A stretch of 38,808 nt of DNA from Octopus bimaculoides (GCF_001194135.2 NC_068988.1:61488982-61527789), one strand, 5' to 3'; numbered from the stretch's first letter, positions 1 to 14,208 are shown. Notes: generated from the sequence alone by a model not told the origin. Translations and numbers: made by a program.

Positions 1-26
1 TATATATATATATATATGTATATATA
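1..26. repeat. (TA)n microsatellite
   Basis: Direct reading. Confidence 0.95.
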
Positions 27-1039
27 GTCGGTGCAAAAGTAGATATACAATAAATACCACATGAATGTTATGATATTTATTTCATTAACATTATTAGCAC
101 ATTAAATTAGTTAGCCTCATTTTTGATATGTTCAAGGTCATTAATCATAATAATACATTTATTATAACTACAATGTTACTTTTATTGTAACTATTAATTT
201 TTTCGATAAAAATAAGTCAGTATTGAACGTGTTTTCTTTTTCCATTAATACATATCTATTTTGCACCCTCCTGTATATGCATATATATATATGTTTAACT
301 ATCAATCTGTGTACGCACGCATGTATGTATATTTGCATACACACACATGTATATGGAAAGAGAAAAAGAGAAGGAAATACTGAAAGAAAGAGAAAGAGAA
401 AGAGAGAAAGAGTGTGGGAGAGAGTGACAAAGTTATTTGGAATTTTCATAGACAAATAGATAGTGTTAATAAACTAGATATGTGTGTTGTTGAAGAACTG
501 GATTATTTTGCTTTAAATTTAGAATTTTAATGAAAAAGATGAATTTATAGGTATTTCTAGTGGTTGTCAAAAACGTAACAACTGAGGCTATAGCCGTATC
601 GATATATGATTTCTAAATTCCCATGTTTATATCTTTGCCATGTATGAACATCAATAGTTATTAATTATCAGTATGAATTCAGGTTTTCATGTAGATCTCT
701 TTACCACTGATGGTATCCGTAAAACAATGACGTAGTATGTAGGTATCAGTGCGTGTTTTGATGGTTAGACTGAGACTAGTTTTGAGGCAATGGGTGTGGT
801 CTTTGGAATTTTAACGAAGGATAAACTTGATATCCCTTTATAGCCACAAATCCCTTGATTGAGAAAACCCTAAAACGTTGTTACCGTTGTTGCTGACAAC
901 AAATTCTCCTTCATTAAGACAAATATCGCTGCCACCTTGTCAATCACTGACAAAATTTCTGTTAGCGTCACGCCCACTAAGAGCTTTTAAGTTAAAATAC
1001 GGAGGACCATCACAAGTGAACTCACGCCCACGGCCCTTT

Positions 1040-1580
1040 ACGCTTCCACCTCCAACAACACCGAGAAAAATATTCATACCACTACTTCCACCGCCACCCT
1101 CAGCACTAATGCTACCACCATCACCATCAATCACCTATCATATTCACCAGCGTTGCTTCTGGAATCACTAACTTCACTAAAGTTTAACATCATCGACATC
1201 AGGAACAGTAACAGCCACCGTAGCGACACCAACCTCACCAAGAATCGTTGTTATCTAGAGACAAACTTGCTACATCATTATCTTAATAACTACCATTACC
1301 ACTAACACCACTTTAGTACCATCATCATCGTCAATCTCGAAGCCACCATTATCATTCTAATTTGCGTTCCCTTAAAACTCTGAAATCTACCACCTTCATC
1401 ATCATGATCATCATCATCATCATCATCCACATCCTCCTCCTCCTCCTCATCTCCATAATTCTATATATTTCTGTAATCGTCACTAGCACAGCTATCATTG
1501 TCGCACGTCGTTCAATCCTTCCCACTAACACGTCCACTAGCATCCATATGATTACAACCATAACCAATGTTACGTCATTC
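1040..1580. repeat. Degenerate CAC/CAT/CCT trinucleotide low-complexity tract
   Basis: Runs of catcat, caccac and cctcct; they generate the spurious poly-I/M/P ORFs. Confidence 0.8.
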
Positions 1581-2083
1581 ACATTTTTGTAACTCTGCGT
1601 CTATTTTTCAGCTAAGATTCTCTCTGGATTCTAATGACTAACTCTCTAGACCCAACAAACTGAATAAAATCTACTCTGTCGAACTCATTCCTTACAATAA
1701 AATATATTGACATTCACAACTAACTTTTTTGTTGTTGTTTATTGTATGTTACCTAACCATGTTACGCTATCTACAAAGGAAAATTTTCGAAAAAATGTTA
1801 ATCATTGCATTAATTGAGTTCATCTTATTTGAATAATTTTATAAAAATACATGTATATTATTGATAGGAATATAATTGGGAACATTCATTTTAGAAATTC
1901 AAACAAAATGGCATTTCAATTTTCTAATTAAATCTTAATAGAAATATTGCAATCAGACGACTTGAATTCTATTAAAATCATACAGAGCGATATTAAAGTT
2001 TCCGTAAATACTGCGTGATCTCTACTGCTGTACTGATGTATATATGTAGAAATATAACTGCTACAAACTCATTTTCCATGATG

Positions 2084-2085
<2 letters not shown>

Positions 2086-2158
<73 letters not shown>

Positions 2159-2222
2159 ATGTGTGTGTGTGTGTGTGTGTGTATACATATACATATAGTT
2201 ATATTTATATATACATATATAC

Positions 2223-2269
<47 letters not shown>

Positions 2270-2270
2270 C
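2086..2270. repeat. Compound microsatellite (CA)n-(TA)n-(TG)n-(TA)n
   Basis: Direct reading. Confidence 0.95.
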
Positions 2271-3375
2271 ACCTTTTATAGCAATGAGGTAATAATAGCA
2301 TCATACATTGGAAACTTTTCCGAGCACAGTTTTATAACACGCATATTGTCTCGAGGCAATCCTCCGCGCACATAGCCTGTACAAATTACTAATCAGGACT
2401 ATATGAGTTTCAAATGGATCAAGAGAGATCACGGGAAATTAACGTGAGGAATGTGGTTGCAATTCTTGGAAAGGCGAAAAAAATGTTTCATATTATAAGT
2501 TAGGTAATATTTGCAGCTTCAATTTTTCATGTGCCACTTCATCAAATATACGTACTTTTATAGTATTTTTTATGTGCAGTGACCTTAATAACAATTGCAA
2601 CTGTTAATTGAAATTGAGTACATTTCTTCTATAAGTTTATATGTATTACATTTTACTCACACATCGGATTTATAGATGTTGTGGTTGGATCTCCTACAAC
2701 AGCAAATTCTCAGTTTTCTTCCAGACTCTAGTTCTAGCATGTAGATAGACACGTCCTCCAGTCGAGTGCTTCATTGGCAATACTTTGAAATTCTATGGAC
2801 CCCAAAGTGCACAGTATAATTAATATTGTCCTTTTGTCGCAGGCTGCGATAACTGTTTGGGGTAGGTAATTTTATTCCAGCACTTTGTTATGCTGAAATG
2901 GTTCGGCACATTTTCTCCTTCACGTAAGTGCACTGCCTCGGTAACCTACTTAACCGTGACACCAATGGTTTTCGGAAATACCATTATCTCGTCACTGCTT
3001 TTCTCCTATGTAAATTAGGTGATACTGGATTTGAAGTTCACTTGCATTTCCTGTTACTAACTCAATATATTTTCAACTCTACTACTTACCATTTGAGGAA
3101 AATGCTATATACTTATAATATATATAATTCATGTATGCTGCGGAAGTTTAATTATGAGAGAACTTGATTAGAGTTGCGAAAGTGCAGCAAAATTGTAAAG
3201 ACATTCGGCAGTTCGTTTCGTAATTAAACAATTTTAATTGCTTGGCATTTATGCGCTTCAGTCTACTATTCTTAACTGGAATTAGTCATACTTAATCACT
3301 TGTGTAATGAAAGATTCACACAGAACTGCACACACATATACACATTTATTTTAACGATATATTTATAAGTATGTA

Positions 3376-3432
<57 letters not shown>

Positions 3433-3866
3433 GTATATATATGCACACATACACATATATATATATGCACAATCACTACTTCAGAAATAATGTATTTCTT
3501 CCTGTACAACTTCGATTGTTCGTTAGAAGACAATATCCGACATATTACACATGCTCTAACACTACTTCTCTTCCGAAAGTTTCTTATTTGTGTACATAGG
3601 TCATAAAAACATTGCTACTTTACACACATGGTCGGTATCACATAAGTAGATAGTTTGCATAGGACCATAGAAGACTATATTTTTATAAGCGTGTGCCCAT
3701 ATTGATAAATGCCCAAACAAGTAAGTAAATATATACTAACACAGAGAAAACACTCAATCGCATATATATGTATATATATATATGAATAAAGATATACATT
3801 GGTACATATAGATACAAATACATATACATGTATGTATATATATATAAATATCTCTCTCTCTACGTA

Positions 3867-3928
<62 letters not shown>

Positions 3929-4324
3929 NNNNNNNNNNNNNNNNNNNNNNNNNNNNNNNNNNNNNNNNNNNNNNNNNNNNNNNNNNNNNNNNNNNNNNNN
4001 NNNNNNNNNNNNNNNNNNNNNNNNNNNNNNNNNNNNNNNNNNNNNNNNNNNNNNNNNNNNNNNNNNNNNNNNNNNNNNNNNNNNNNNNNNNNNNNNNNNN
4101 NNNNNNNNNNNNNNNNNNNNNNNNNNNNNNNNNNNNNNNNNNNNNNNNNNNNNNNNNNNNNNNNNNNNNNNNNNNNNNNNNNNNNNNNNNNNNNNNNNNN
4201 NNNNNNNNNNNNNNNNNNNNNNNNNNNNNNNNNNNNNNNNNNNNNNNNNNNNNNNNNNNNNNNNNNNNNNNNNNNNNNNNNNNNNNNNNNNNNNNNNNNN
4301 NNNNNNNNNNNNNNNNNNNNNNNN
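3929..4324. other. Assembly gap flanked by (TA)n
   Basis: N run. Confidence 0.99.
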
Positions 4325-5343
4325 TATATATATATATACATAGTTATGTGCATATATATGCATGAAAACGTAAGCATACGTAGATATGTATAAATGTTTC
4401 ATCCATACAAATACACGAACACAAACATCCGCCATATATGTGTGTGTGAGTGTGTGTGTATGTGCTTTTGTGTATGCGTGTTTTTGTATATACACACATA
4501 TATATAGGCATTTATATAATCTTTCTATACAGATATTCACTATACAAGTACTAACATCTACCGTGGAGAAAAATAGAGTAAAATGCTTCCTTCTGTTTCA
4601 TTATTTATCCTTGTTGTAACTCACATACGTAATGTACATAAGCGAAGCTCTAATACTCATACATACACATATAGGTGCTCGCAACACATGCTTAACTTTC
4701 TGACTAAATACATATATGCACCTACCAATGAATATATATATATATATATATATATATGCGTGTGTGTCTGTGTGCGCGCACGTGTGTATTTATGTATGTA
4801 TACGTGTGTTTGTATGTGTATGTCTATATATATTCTTGTCTTATTACCCTTATAAAACATCAATCTGTGTTATTTTTCATGTTGAAATTAACATACCATT
4901 CAACACCAAATGGCTATTCTTTCCAACATATATATATATTTTTTAAATCCGGTTTTTGTGCCAACAATAACATCATCTTGTTATGCACGAATTTGTGAGC
5001 GTAAAAACGAAAGATCAAAAATGCAAATCTAGGTTGGTTAAGCCTGTTGGGTTATGGATTTTTTAATAATTTCCCAAGACGAAGCCAAAGTTTCTTTGAT
5101 CTCCAAAATATTTCTCGTGCCTAGAGCATTTGCAGCCTATCCTATCATATAAATCAATAAATGTAAGACGAATAGCCTTTGAGCTTGAGGGCATCTATGC
5201 TGTTCCTCATAGATGTCCTGGTGTTAAAGCGTAGCTTGTCAGTTCGAATCAAAATTTTACTACCTTACGTACATATATAAATACACAGACACAACAGACA
5301 CACACACATATATGTATGTATATATGTATACATATATACATAC

Positions 5344-5392
<49 letters not shown>

Positions 5393-8300
5393 AAACACGA
5401 TAAACTAAATCCATCACTCTTACTAAGCTAAGCATGTGTTAATATAAATTGCTTTCCGTGTGGCTTAAAATGAAATGACATATCGCAGAATAGCAGAATA
5501 GATATTTTGGCTCCTTAGCCTGTGGTTGATGAATTTGTAACACCTCAGTTGATCTGTCATGTTCCTTTGATCATATATCTACAACCTTCCAGTAGCATGA
5601 CATCTAGCTGTAGTTTATATATGTATTAAATGGTATCTGCACAGTGATCGAGCAGTTAGCTAACTTAACCATTTCGTTACATTTTCGGAGGTGGAAAAAT
5701 GCCAAACTATTCCTACATGTGTAGTGTTGATCACTATGTCGAATGCTTATCGTTGTTACATGTCCTGATATGTCTGATGCTCTAAGTTTCTCATGTAGTA
5801 ATGAAAATCTAAATTCATTTATCACATGAGATACCTTTTCTGAAATTACGAATTTAATTTGAATGATTCCCCAAATACAATTAAATTATAGGACGAAAAA
5901 TATTTTGAGACTTGTACATAATGCATAAATAGATCTCTCAAGAAACCTGAATACATATTTCTTTTCCTTTACTGAAAAAGAAATTTTACGAAATATATAC
6001 TAAAACGGGTTTTGCGCCCGTTCATCATATCAACATTTCTCCGCATTATTCCTCCAGTTCATTTAATTTATCCTATACGTAGAAACTACCAGAATCACTA
6101 AACTATCTGTCTCTTTCTGTCTCTCTCTATCTCTCTCTATCTCTCTCTGTCTCATTTTTTCTCTGTTTCTCCCTTCGTATACCTCTTTGCCTCATACTGG
6201 ATATATTTTTCGAAATACCTTTGTTGTTTCAATTCAAAGGATAAAAAAGTACGTAAGTGTCAGTATTAAAAATTGTTATTTATACTAAACGAATTTAACG
6301 TCGCCTTACAGAGAACTGGCAGTCTCCGAAAAGTGGTGTCAAATTGTTCTGAATATTTTCGTTTTGAGTATTCTGGCGCAAAAACAAAGTAAGGCTGTAT
6401 CAAAATTTATTAAAGATTCAGAAATCAGGACTTTCACAGTTAACCAACTTTCGCAGTTTCTACATAGCAAAATACACGAAAAGAATTGTTGATTTTTTGA
6501 AACCCATAAATATAACAACTGTCATAACACATTGGCAAATGCATTCCAACTCTCGTTTCTATGAGATTGCTTGATAAAATAATATCTTGATGCAATATTA
6601 TCTTCATAAACTAAGTCAGAAAACAATTGAAATTCTACCTATATTATAGAGTATAGATCTGCTAAAGGGTTTCTCTTTGCCTAGGCTTATGCTAATTATA
6701 GTTTCCATATACCTCGCTCACTCAGATTTGTATATTTACCAGTTTTAACATGGTATAATTTCAAACATCAATTTCTCAATCTTATTTTCAAATAACCTCA
6801 GGACACGGAATGACTTTGATTACAATTTGCCTGATATATATCATCACTAGACATAACCCCAGGAAGTCAACTTTTTCTTAACCTGATTTCTTTTGAGTGA
6901 AAGAGAAAATACCGTTTCCTTTTAATGTATTTTGAGTGGCAGCGTTGGCAGTGAATAGATGCTTTTTACATTTTAAAAACCTTGATGAGGGGAACAAACT
7001 TATAGAATGCAAGGATATACCGAGTCTTGTAGTCTACCTACATTTAAATAGAAATAACATGAATAGGTTTTGTACAGATCTAATACGCTTAATTCAGGAA
7101 TTTTATTCTAAAATAGTCTTATTTAATGATAGATTTTGATTAAAATAACAATCTTTTTGAGTATAAGTAGGAAACTACTCCTAATTATTCCAAGAATCAT
7201 CCAGTAATCAATAAAGATTTTTAATATGCCATATGCAACGGAAAATGTCCAACAGAAATATTATGCTGTGTAACAGCAAACATGCCTTACAACAAGCGTA
7301 CACCAACAAAATATTGCGTATTTCGGTAATGTTCGACAAAGCAGTCTAAATAGAAGAATAAACTTCATCTTCTTTATACCTAGCCTATAGAAGATTGTGG
7401 AAGAAGCTAATGATCGTTGGGATTGACTCTGAAAATTGTTCTTTTAGCAACAAATGTCATTGGATTTTCAATAAAAACACATTAGCTTCAACTCCGTGAA
7501 TATTGTTACATCTTAAATACCCAAATGTAAGGAAGTCGTTAAAATTTAAGCTACAAACACACAGGATACTCACTTCTTCGCAATCATCGATAGATCATTC
7601 TTTAACTCTCTGGAAATAGCTGGAGAGTGAAATTAACATCAGTAGAGTATCTTCGAATCTGCGAACACATATTCGAATTGCTCCAAATGTGTAATATAAG
7701 CCTTATTGTTAGATATACGTTGACTTTATGATGCATCTTGTTGAACAAATGCTTCGAGATATTATTGCTTGCAGTCATGAATACAGCTCTGCTGAAAATT
7801 TGTAATTTCAGAACGTTTAAATGTCCTGCGAGGTTGCACGTACGGCATGCAATAAAAATATCCTACGCTATCTAACACTAGTACCATATCTATATACAAA
7901 AGAAAATGAGTCATTTAGCATCATCAAACTAATATTAAATTCCATCTGTTGTACAATTGACAAGTTGACTGAGCTTTGCTAGATACATCTTTATTCAGAC
8001 AACTGGAACTTTGTCACGTGATTAAAGCTTACTATGGAAAATCAAATATTTCTTTTTAGAAAATGTTTAACCAGTTATCTTTAGTCGTTTTTTTTTTCTA
8101 CGCTAGAAAGATTTACAAGTAGAAACTTCGAAGTACCGACAATGGGTTATAAGATCTTCCAACAAATAGATATACTTTTTGACAAGATTTAGGAAATTTC
8201 CTCCCGTGCATGTGTGTTTTTTTTTGTTTTTTTTTACATAAGCCTTGTGTATGCTTGTGTAAGTGAGTGAGGGCAAGTGGGTGAGTGCAAGTGAGTGAGT

Positions 8301-8764
8301 TTACTGGAACCGTTCAGGTGAGGGTAGTATCAAAATCTTCATTATTAATATTGTTAACTATAGATTTCAAAGATCGTATACGTAAACTCCGATTCTGAAA
8401 TAGTCTTAATCTTGGAAGAATTATATGATATGATACATTCACTTTCTCCGACGGGAAAAGTTATAAAGGGTTTTCAGAAATCAACATTTCAAAATTAATG
8501 TAGGATAAAAAGAAAGATTGCAATTTCTAGCGAACATATTATTGATGCGAAGGCCTTCTTTTAAATGTACAATACGTTTAATACAGATTGTTAATATTTT
8601 TGAATTACCAAAATACAGATATGAAAATAAATAATGTTGGTGTCTCGAGCTCATCTTCGTAAAAAACATATTTTGTAGCTCATTCCGGACATTGGTCTTG
8701 CATTAATTACTAGAAAATCTGATGCAACTATTTCAGAAAATAAGAATAAGGAATAAAAAAAAAA

Positions 8765-9520
8765 AGGCCCGTAATTCTGCGAAGTGTATATTTCAAAATT
8801 TTTTCTAAGGTGGCTCGAAATTGGTTTGTATTTCTTTTCGTTATTACAGAAGCGCAAAATTTCCCCGTCTCTAGCAGAATTATCCGCAATACCCACATCA
8901 TGGAGTATAACATGTCGAGCGTCTATAAAGAACTTAGCTTCGGACGGCTCTGATTAATATAGATCAACCATTTTGATAGTACCACCCACTAATGCTTGGC
9001 TTTCATTTTCATGGCAGTTTGTTTCAGTCCCGTCTTCTGGGATGGATTACTGCAATAAATAACGATAAGTACTCGGTACTTCCTGTGCATGGTTTACTAT
9101 CGGAACCGTACAGTATCATGCGGTCAATCCATCAACATTGTTTTTTTCTGCAGCCATTAATGAGGGAAATTGAAACGTTGAGGGGCATCCTGCATGAATT
9201 CGCACATTGTGGACATACTTGGAGGATAACACTGTTAGTGTCAGAAACCTGGTACATTGATCTAATGGGATCTGCTGTGAGGAATAGAAAGTCGTGACAG
9301 GAGCGAAAAGCAACGGCCTGCTGTTCGGCAGCTGGCGAGGAAAATCCATTCTGTCCAATAGCATCACAGGTGTGATCGTTGGAGAGACCGGTTATATTGC
9401 ACGGTGTCTGTTTTGTTTCAGATCATCAATAGGATTGGAAGGCTATGACGAGCAAGTTGTAATATCTCATCCGGAAATCTCTTCTTGAAAGATCGGACAG
9501 AAATACCAAGCGTATATGTT
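8765..9520 (+). mobile_element. Decayed non-LTR retrotransposon reverse transcriptase, Tx1/L1-clade-like, with frameshifts and stops
   Basis: Manual translation across frameshifts gives RT motifs in the correct order: RPVILRSVYFKIFSKVARNW (cf. RPITLLNxDxKILAKV), ITEAQ (cf. xxxEQ), ALINIDQPF (cf. LINLDQxKAFD), VHGLLSEPYSIMRSIHQ (cf. VNGxLSxPFxIxRSVRQG), QPLMR (cf. EPLLR), YLED at 9216-9227 (YADD equivalent), VTGAKSNGLLFGSWRGK (cf. SGAKINxxKSxGLxLGxW), PVILHGVCF (cf. xKxLGVxF). Clade assignment is from recalled motifs. Confidence 0.8.
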
Positions 9521-10065
9521 GAACTTGATATAAGAAAACGGAGAAAATAAACGGAAGACAACCCACAATTTTACTGATGAAAGAAAAATTCAACTTCCAT
9601 CCGCTGAATAAACTTAACATGTACGAAACAACCGCCAACCCTATTGAACAAAGCTAGTTATTTTGTAGTATTGCGAGTGCAAATCGTCATAGCTCACACC
9701 TAAAAATTTAAAAAATAAAGACAGTGGAAAATTTTAAGGAAAAATAAATTTATAATTTCACATTTTTGTTGAAGAAATACTGACTTTTAGGTCCAAAGAA
9801 TGATATATTTTTCTTACTGATATCTCCTGAAAATTTCAACTCTCAACAGTTGAAATTTAAATAATTAGATATAAATCTGATGTCAAATCTGAGTATTAAT
9901 AATGCAATTTTTAATTTACCAAGAATTTCATATAAATACATTTTTTTTGTTGATTGTATATTTTCTTTTCTCAGTTCTATTAAAATTGATGGCAATGTTT
10001 AAATAAACTGTCTAGAGAGGACACAGGGATATATATCAAATTTCGTTCGCAGTTATTAGCACCTC

Positions 10066-10069
10066 ACAA

Positions 10070-10100
<31 letters not shown>

Positions 10101-10117
10101 TATATATATGTGTATAT

Positions 10118-10168
<51 letters not shown>

Positions 10169-10313
10169 CATACATACATATATATACATATATATACATA
10201 TATATATATGTATACAAATGTATATATCTAAGTATACACACACACACACACACACACATATATGTATATATATATACACACATACATACACACGCATATA
10301 TATACATTCACAG

Positions 10314-10372
<59 letters not shown>

Positions 10373-10375
10373 AAT
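10066..10375. repeat. Compound (CA)n/(TA)n microsatellite
   Basis: Direct reading. Confidence 0.95.
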
Positions 10376-11099
10376 ATAAAGAGAGACGGAGTGTCTTAAA
10401 AAAAGAATAAAGAAAATAGAGCTCTTTTAACCACTCGCTTATTTGATAAAATGAATGACTCATATTATCTGGTATTACAGAAGATAAAGTTAACATCAGT
10501 CTCATATGCAGTCAGATTAAAACGTGCCGCTACAAGCAAAACATGCAAATGACTCGTAGATCACAATATAAGCGTACATACACAAACACCCACACACATC
10601 TACACACACACGGTATGTGTAACTCCTTGCTGCTCAAATGCAGCTTCTCAGACGCCTACCAGAGTCAAGGAAAAAGCGAAAATAATACTCAATTGTCATC
10701 GTATGTAAGTATGCATATGTATGTGTGTATATACATTCACATATATGTATGTATATACATATATATATATAGGTGTGTGTGTGTGTGTGTGTATGTATAT
10801 ACATATATGTATACCTTTAAATATATAAGCTGGTTGATATTATTGTACAGTCATTTTAATACGCACACAATCACACATTAACGCGTACAGGAATTCCATA
10901 AAAAAGAAGTGCTGTAAAGAGTGAATTATAAGATCAATTGGTGTCAGTAGTGCACGTGAAACTAGGCAACTGGTTTAACTGAATAATATCGCGTATCACA
11001 ATATGCAAATCTGATAGCGTTCTGCTGTTCGAAACTAATGTCAAACTGCTGACATAGTGTAAATTACTGTCTCCTTTCAAGACAATATATAATGTAGCG

Positions 11100-11753
11100 C
11101 AAGTGGATGAGCTGGCAGAAACGTTAGCACGCCGGGCGAAATGCTTAGCGGTATTTCGTCTGCCGTTACGTACTGAGTTCAAATTCCACCGAAGTCGACT
11201 TTGCCTTTTATCCTTTCTGGGTCGATTAATTAAGTACAAGTTACGCACTGGGGTCGAAGTAATCGACTTAATCACTTTGTCTATCCTTGTTTGTCCCCTC
11301 ACTGTGTAGCCCCTTGTGGGCAGTAAAGAAATAAGAAACGTTAGCTCGTCGGGTGAAACTCTTAGCGGTATATGATCTGTCCTTACGTTCTGAGTTTAAA
11401 TTCCGCCGAGGTTGACTTCGCCTTTCATCCTTTCGCGTTCGATAAATATTGTACCTGTGACGCACTGGGGTCTATGTAATCGACTTAATCCTTTTGTCTC
11501 TCCTTGTTTGTCCCCTCTGTGTGCAGCTTCTTGTGGATAGTAAAGAAATATGAAACGTTAGCTCGCCGGGCGAAATGCTTAGCGGCATTTCATCTGTCTT
11601 TACCTTCTGAGTTCAAATTCCGCCGAGGTCGACTTTGTCTTTTATCCTTTCGGGGTCGATAAATTAAGTACCAGTTGCATACTAGGGTTGAGGTAATCGA
11701 CTGGACCACCTCCTCCAAAATTTCGGGCCTTGTGCCGAGCGGAGAAAAGAATA
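11100..11753 (+). mobile_element. tRNA-derived SINE, family A, head-to-tail trimer
   Basis: gaaacgttagc recurs at 11118, 11335 and 11552 (period 217). Each unit has a B-box-like gagtt(c/t)aaattcc. The last unit ends in the tail gccttgtgcc...gaaaagaata that is shared with other copies in the window. Confidence 0.9.
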
Positions 11754-12021
11754 CATAAGCTGGCGCTGGTGCTACATATCATATCGCATATTACTCGTTA
11801 TTGTCTACAGTTTCTAGAAACGAGTTTTGAAGATGGATGAGGCCAAATTTCTAGTAGCTAATGTAAAACTTGCGTACGGAATGAACTGCACACACTATAC
11901 TTGCACACACACAAACAAACAAACTCATATGTACACACATATACACATATTTGTATGTATAAATGTCTCTGTTTGTATATACGTATATATGCATATATAT
12001 ATATATATATACATATATATA

Positions 12022-12705
12022 NNNNNNNNNNNNNNNNNNNNNNNNNNNNNNNNNNNNNNNNNNNNNNNNNNNNNNNNNNNNNNNNNNNNNNNNNNNNNNN
12101 NNNNNNNNNNNNNNNNNNNNNNNNNNNNNNNNNNNNNNNNNNNNNNNNNNNNNNNNNNNNNNNNNNNNNNNNNNNNNNNNNNNNNNNNNNNNNNNNNNNN
12201 NNNNNNNNNNNNNNNNNNNNNNNNNNNNNNNNNNNNNNNNNNNNNNNNNNNNNNNNNNNNNNNNNNNNNNNNNNNNNNNNNNNNNNNNNNNNNNNNNNNN
12301 NNNNNNNNNNNNNNNNNNNNNNNNNNNNNNNNNNNNNNNNNNNNNNNNNNNNNNNNNNNNNNNNNNNNNNNNNNNNNNNNNNNNNNNNNNNNNNNNNNNN
12401 NNNNNNNNNNNNNNNNNNNNNNNNNNNNNNNNNNNNNNNNNNNNNNNNNNNNNNNNNNNNNNNNNNNNNNNNNNNNNNNNNNNNNNNNNNNNNNNNNNNN
12501 NNNNNNNNNNNNNNNNNNNNNNNNNNNNNNNNNNNNNNNNNNNNNNNNNNNNNNNNNNNNNNNNNNNNNNNNNNNNNNNNNNNNNNNNNNNNNNNNNNNN
12601 NNNNNNNNNNNNNNNNNNNNNNNNNNNNNNNNNNNNNNNNNNNNNNNNNNNNNNNNNNNNNNNNNNNNNNNNNNNNNNNNNNNNNNNNNNNNNNNNNNNN
12701 NNNNN
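12022..12705. other. Assembly gap flanked by (TA)n
   Basis: N run. Confidence 0.99.
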
Positions 12706-12752
<47 letters not shown>

Positions 12753-14207
12753 TTGTGTGCATGTATATGTACATATATATGGGTATACAGACGCGTTTAA
12801 CATCACACACACACCAAACACACACAAGCACACACACACATATTAAATCAATATAGTATTCCATTAATCACTCTTCGTTACTTTAAAACACAAGTTACAA
12901 TTTTAAAATTCATTCTTACGTACATGTAAATAAAATCGTACAGACATTTTCACATAAATACATTTACACTTATGCATTTGTATAATTCCTATATAGATGC
13001 ACAGAGGCACACTCGCCCTCTCACTCACCTTCTCACTCACTCACTCACTCACTCACTCACTCACACACACGCACATACACACACACACACGCACACTCAT
13101 ACACACTCCTATTTGCTTTATGTATAAGTGTCTATATTTCTCTGTACATATGTTTGTGTGTGTTTCGTGTTGCAAGTGTTCGTGTGTTTCACTATATGTG
13201 TATTTTGTAGATTTCTATATTTAGAAAGGACACATATAACATGTTTACCAATAACTCAATTGTGCTATAATAAATGTATATCATCCTATTTATGCAAAGT
13301 AATAGAAAGCGTGATACGGTGATAAGATATTACAATGTTTTGATTATAACCGTTCCTTTTATTATGGCTATCCATCATTAAACTGTGTTTTCTTCTTAAA
13401 TTTCCACCAAGTATCAAAACAGTCGCATTCCGAGGCAAATGATTTAGAAAGTCGTTCCACTTAGGTCAGATTGTTTCCATCAATATTATAAGTAGTAAAG
13501 TCCCGGAAACAAATCGAATATCATATCAGATTTCTATTTTTATTGCATACAATATTATTCTTCAGACAGCCGCTATTGCTCGTCGAAATTAACTGTACTT
13601 TTATTAAACGAGGTACAAATGAATAGATATATGTCTATATATCTTGTTACGATTTACTAACTAAACCTCTAGGATTTATATAATGTGGAGATGAATTAGC
13701 CTTAACGTTAGTAACTTATTGGTCAACTAGTCTATATAGAAATGTATAAATATATATGACTCTGGGATAGTGCTCCCCTGTGAGCAATAGAATACAGGTT
13801 TAGCCATTCAGTAATTCACAATGTTCTCCGATGAATAATTGTCGTTAATACCTAGCAATTAAATAAAATATTTCTTTATATGAGTTGAGACTAAATGGCG
13901 TTGTAGACAAAATGTGTATGTGGATCAGAATTAATGAAATTTTCTTAAGTAGAATACCTAATCAATGATGCAGAAAGTGAAAATTTTAGCTTTCCGGTAA
14001 AAAGATTTTAATGTTTATATTTATTGTGTTAATTCCGTAAATAGACTTGTGATGGTGAAGGTAACGGCGAAAGGCGACTTATGACTGCATTCATGTGGAA
14101 AAGATAACATAAACTTTAATGATATCTCTCCGCTATTGTGAAGAATAATACGCCGTAGAATCAATCAATGATTTGCACCGAGTGTAAGCTGTGCGTATGT
14201 GCACATG

Positions 14208-14208
<1 letters not shown>

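Noticed and set aside
25-41. tagtcggtgcaaaagta, resembling a mariner TIR end
   Set aside because: Only about 17 bp, with no partner TIR or transposase sequence.
7574-7609. Minus-strand 36-nt exon-like segment (ELKNDLSMIAK)
   Set aside because: Short polypyrimidine tract, no recognisable homology, and expected by chance.
9190-9215. HEFAH, a zincin-like HExxH motif, behind a strong acceptor at 9153
   Set aside because: It lies between the EPLLR-like and YADD-like motifs of the decayed LINE RT, so it is coincidental.
11118-11753. Regular repeats suggestive of a CRISPR array
   Set aside because: The units are 217-bp SINE copies without unique spacers, there are no cas genes, and the context is eukaryotic.
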